Positions 60,715 to 64,000 of a stretch of DNA of 64,000 nt are shown in pieces (the first letter of the stretch is position 1; the number at the start of each line of letters is the position of its first letter). A program made the position numbers and the translations under genes. Source of the stretch: an uncultured delta proteobacterium (GTDB lineage: Bacteria > Desulfobacterota > BSN033 > UBA1163); NCBI GenBank assembly GCA_963708295.1, contig CAVPSJ010000004.1:768001-832000 (forward strand), written 5' to 3'. The notes beneath the pieces are model-generated. The model did not search any database. It was not told the DNA's origin and saw only the letters and a list, made by a program, of their open reading frames with translations.

Positions 60715-61499
60715 TGGACATCATTGTATGCATTAAGCAGGTCGTGGCCGGGGACCGCGTGAAGATCGATCCGCGAACATATAGTCTCGTCCGCTCCTCA
60801 GAATTCTCCTATATCAATCCTTTCGATCTATTTGCTCTCGAGATGGCAATGCGACTGAAGAAGGAGCATTCTGGCTCCATCACGGCAGTAACGATGGGAC
60901 CGAAGATCAGCGAAGAGGTGCTCTGGGAGGCTTTGACCCTGGGGGCTGACCGGGCCATACTCCTCTCCGACCCGCGGTTTTCCGCAAGCGATACCCTGGC
61001 CACATCGTACGTACTGGGCATGGGCATCCGAAAGATCGGAAAATTTGACCTGATCCTTTGCGGAATGCGAACAACGGACGGAGATACCGGGCAGGTAGGT
61101 CCCCAATTGGCCGAGGAATTGGACCTTCCCTGCATCAGCGCCGTAGAGAAATTGGAGAGAGGGAAAGGCTCCTTCCGTGTAGAAAGAGTTTCCGACGGTT
61201 TTAGGGAAATCGTAGAAGTCTCCGCACCTGCATTACTCACGGTCTCTTCAAAGACGGCGGTGCGCCTCCCGAGCTTAATGGACATCCAAGACACCTTCAC
61301 GCGAAACTCCATCGGGTGCTGGAATTTGGAGGACTTGAACGCGGATCCAAACAAGGTGGGTCGCGTTGGATCCGGGACGTGGGTGGAGGGATTGACCCCG
61401 GCCGCCCAGAAGAAATCCTGTATTTTTATTGAAGGGGACGCGCGAGAGCAAGCCAGGGTGCTTTTGTCAAAACTGATCGAGAAGAATCTGTTCTCTTAA
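60711..61499 (+). CDS. etfB: Electron transfer flavoprotein beta subunit
   Basis: IVCIKQV, NPFD..ALE, TMGP, SDTLATS, DGDTGQVGP. Confidence 0.94.
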   Translation: MMDIIVCIKQVVAGDRVKIDPRTYSLVRSSEFSYINPFDLFALEMAMRLKKEHSGSITAVTMGPKISEEVLWEALTLGADRAILLSDPRFSASDTLATSYVLGMGIRKIGKFDLILCGMRTTDGDTGQVGPQLAEELDLPCISAVEKLERGKGSFRVERVSDGFREIVEVSAPALLTVSSKTAVRLPSLMDIQDTFTRNSIGCWNLEDLNADPNKVGRVGSGTWVEGLTPAAQKKSCIFIEGDAREQARVLLSKLIEKNLFS

Positions 61500-61588
61500 T
61501 CGTTGCATCAGTCGCGTTGCTGGAGGTAGGTGAATGCGTGGGAAGTTCTGCTTTATAGAGTTTTGGAAGCACACTCACCGGCTGACTT

Positions 61589-61757
61589 ACTAATGAATAC
61601 ATAATTGAGAAGACATAATGATACTACCCTCACACCCCCCATCCCCCTCCTAACCCCCCCCTTGAAGGGGGAGGAACATTACGATTTCCCTCCCCTTCAG
61701 GGGGAGGGGACGGGTGGGGGTGGGATTAATTCAGATGTCTATTCAATTATGGACCTA
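61589..61757. mobile_element. MITE/REP element between etfB and etfA
   Basis: CATAATTGAGAAGACAT pairs with ATGTCTATTCAATTATG. Interior has CCCCCTTGAAGGGGG and CTCCCCTTCAGGGGGAG hairpins. Confidence 0.65.
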
Positions 61758-61788
61758 TTCATAATCCGGCGGTAGGTTATCTTAAAAA

Positions 61789-63375
61789 ATGGCTATGAAA
61801 AAAGATTTGGAGATTTGGGTATTTGGAGACCATCGCCGTCACCCTAAGGATCGTTTGACTCTGCAGGTGTTGGGGCATGCCCGGGCTCTTTCCGGCGACG
61901 GAGGAAGAGTGACGGCAGTGATCCTGGGAAATCAGGTGGAAGAAGTCGCCAGGGAATATATTGCCTGTGGTGCCCAGCGCATCCTGCTCGTAGATCATCC
62001 GCAACTGGCTCTTTATCGCGCGGATCTATTCACCGCCATCATCAGTGATCTGATTCGGGAGCATCAGCCGGACGTCTTTCTGACGGGAGCTTCGGAATTT
62101 GGCAAAGAATTGGCAGCCGGAATCGCCAAGCGAATCGGGGTGGGACTCGGCGCGGATTGCGTCTCGATAAATTGGGATGAAGAGAAGAAGAGCCTGATCG
62201 GGTTCAGTCCGGCCTTCGGCGGCAACTTCTTGGCACGAATTGTCTGGAGTTCTTCCAAACCGTGCATGGCCACGTTGAGCTCCGGAACCTTTCCAGAGCG
62301 ACCCCATGATCAGGCTGCTCATGGAGAGATCGTGAAGGTGGAGAAGGATCTGGATTACGTCTCGTCCAGAGTTAAAGTGATTTCCTCTGTTCGCGAACCG
62401 CACCATACCGCCAGACTGGAGGATGCAAGGATCGTCGTTGTGGGTGGTCGAGGGATCAAGAATTTGCAGGGGTTCAACGACATCCGGGAGTTGGCCTTGC
62501 TTTTGGGGGGCGAGGTGGGAGCAACCCGACCCGCCGTCGATGCCCACTGGACTTCGCACGAACAGCTGATCGGGCAGACCGGGAAAGCGATTAAACCCGC
62601 TCTGCTGATCACCTGCGGTACCTCCGGTGCCATCCAATACACCGCCGCTGTCGGAGGGTCCGGGACGATTGTGGCAGTGAACCGGGACCCACGGGCACCG
62701 ATATTCAAGGTGGCTGACTTCGGGATTGTGGCTGACACACTCTCCTTTCTTCCCGCCTTTATTGGGGAGGTAAAAAATCATCTCTTTAGGGAGATTACAG
62801 ATCTTTATCGAATCCAGGTAAAAACCGGCAGAGATCAGATGACGGTCTCCTTTGGCCAGCGGATCAAGAAGCTAAGGGAAGACCGAAAAATGAGCATGGC
62901 AGATTTGGCGGAAAAAACTGGCCAGCCGCCGGAGTTCATCGAGCAAGTCGAATCGGACAGCCTGACGCCTCCGGTTTCCTTTTTGTTGCAGCTCTCCAAT
63001 GCCCTTCAAATTGACCCCAGTAACTTTCTGACCGACCAGGAAAAGATTCAAATTGACGGAAAGAGGCAGGAAAGCTTTGCGAAGCGCACTCAGAACTATT
63101 CTTACCGAACCCTGACCCCGGGGGCTGCGGATAAACATCTCCGGTCGTTCATGGTCACCATTGAACCCAAAGAGAAGCATAAGATGGTGGAGTACAAGCA
63201 TCCGGGAGAGGAGTTTATCTTTGTCTATAAGGGGGAGCTGGAGCTCACCCTGGGAAACAAAGTGATCTTTTTGAAACAGGGAGAAACGATGCATTTCGAT
63301 TCCGAAACCAAACACAAGCTCCGAAACGTTACGGATGAAAAATGTGAACTCATCGTCACGCTGTACACCCCTTAG
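61789..63375 (+). CDS. etfA: ETF alpha subunit fused to an XRE HTH + cupin regulator
   Basis: Residues about 1-330 are EtfA (GGRG, GATRPAVD, IGQTGK, GTSGAIQY, AVNRD..APIF..ADFG). Residues about 351-528 are GQRIKKLRE..MS..DLA HTH plus H.GEEF.FV..G cupin. Confidence 0.85.
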   Translation: MAMKKDLEIWVFGDHRRHPKDRLTLQVLGHARALSGDGGRVTAVILGNQVEEVAREYIACGAQRILLVDHPQLALYRADLFTAIISDLIREHQPDVFLTGASEFGKELAAGIAKRIGVGLGADCVSINWDEEKKSLIGFSPAFGGNFLARIVWSSSKPCMATLSSGTFPERPHDQAAHGEIVKVEKDLDYVSSRVKVISSVREPHHTARLEDARIVVVGGRGIKNLQGFNDIRELALLLGGEVGATRPAVDAHWTSHEQLIGQTGKAIKPALLITCGTSGAIQYTAAVGGSGTIVAVNRDPRAPIFKVADFGIVADTLSFLPAFIGEVKNHLFREITDLYRIQVKTGRDQMTVSFGQRIKKLREDRKMSMADLAEKTGQPPEFIEQVESDSLTPPVSFLLQLSNALQIDPSNFLTDQEKIQIDGKRQESFAKRTQNYSYRTLTPGAADKHLRSFMVTIEPKEKHKMVEYKHPGEEFIFVYKGELELTLGNKVIFLKQGETMHFDSETKHKLRNVTDEKCELIVTLYTP

Positions 63376-63437
63376 ACAAAATGGCACGGCAGGTCGTCCC
63401 TTTTTCCCTCTTTCGTCTTTATGCCATGGGTGATCTT

Positions 63438-64000
63438 TCAGACATGATTTCGTAATTGTAGTTCTAAGGGATGGGGGTTTAAATAAACCTGCTCTTTCAG
63501 GTAGGGTTGATCGTATTTTCGGACATAATGTTGAACAAGTGTGATGGGGACAATTAAAGGTATATATTCCTGCCTGTAATTATCAATGACCTCTAACAAT
63601 TCCTGTTTTTCGTCAGCAGACAATTGCTCCCTGAAATAACCCATCATGTGTTGGAGGACATTGGCATTTTTCTTCGGCGTGGTTTTTAATTGAAGGGCTT
63701 CCATGAGAATCGTTTGGTAATGCCGATAAAGTTCCTTGATTGGAAGTTCCTTTGCTTTCGCCACGAGTTTTCCCATCGTTTGATAATGTTTTGGACTGTG
63801 TGAAAGGATCAGCAATTTATGTTTCGTGTGGAAGTCCACAACGTTTCCCAGACTCTCCTTTCTTGTCATGACTTCTCGCCACCTCTTTAAAGTAAAGATC
63901 CTCTCAATGAAATTCTCCCGGAGTGCTGGATCATGGAGACGTCCTTCATCCTCAACAGGCAGGAGAGGAAAATGTTCCATGAATATCCTCGCAAACATGC
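63438..64000 (-). CDS. YbgA-family DUF523/DUF1722 protein (C-terminal part; 5' end outside window)
   Basis: PVEDEGRL.D..LRENFIER, FH..HKL..LSH, NVLQHM.GYF, QVYLNPHP.EL.LRNHV. Confidence 0.9.
   Translation of the reverse strand, partial: MFARIFMEHFPLLPVEDEGRLHDPALRENFIERIFTLKRWREVMTRKESLGNVVDFHTKHKLLILSHSPKHYQTMGKLVAKAKELPIKELYRHYQTILMEALQLKTTPKKNANVLQHMMGYFREQLSADEKQELLEVIDNYRQEYIPLIVPITLVQHYVRKYDQPYLKEQVYLNPHPLELQLRNHV

Overview
This 64 kb chromosomal window looks like an anaerobic Desulfobacterota/'Deltaproteobacteria'-type genome (inferred from gene content only). Housekeeping genes are smc (3' part), tmk-holB-PSP1/ricT-metG, purE-sua5-tatD, ilvE, ppa and acyP. An aryl/acyl-acid module spans about 4-20 kb: iorAB, paaK, an acyl-CoA ligase, a Na+/solute symporter with a 41-aa partner, a cNMP-CBS-DUF294 protein plus DEDDh exonuclease, and TctAB with three TctC. 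Further blocks are msrAB with an OmpR-type two-component system, a 1396-aa CoA-activase fusion next to oadG/oadB, a photo-oxidative-stress-like cluster (tspO, class II photolyase, TIGR01777, crtQ/crtO-like, ABC exporter) and an acyl-CoA dehydrogenase-ETF operon. The strongest hidden signal is a stand-alone PrdB/GrdB-family selenoprotein (30435..31337). It has an in-frame UGA in a U-x-x-C motif followed directly by a SECIS-like hairpin, and the ORF track splits it in two. Other leads are an EtfA-XRE-cupin fusion, a signal-bearing leader ORF ending in WRPPP upstream of oadG/oadB (possible arrest peptide), a uORF/terminator attenuator, and several MITE/REP families. Many genes are broken by single-base insertions; every junction reconstructed by hand is +1, which suggests sequencing error rather than gene decay. 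No rRNA, tRNA or CRISPR array was seen.
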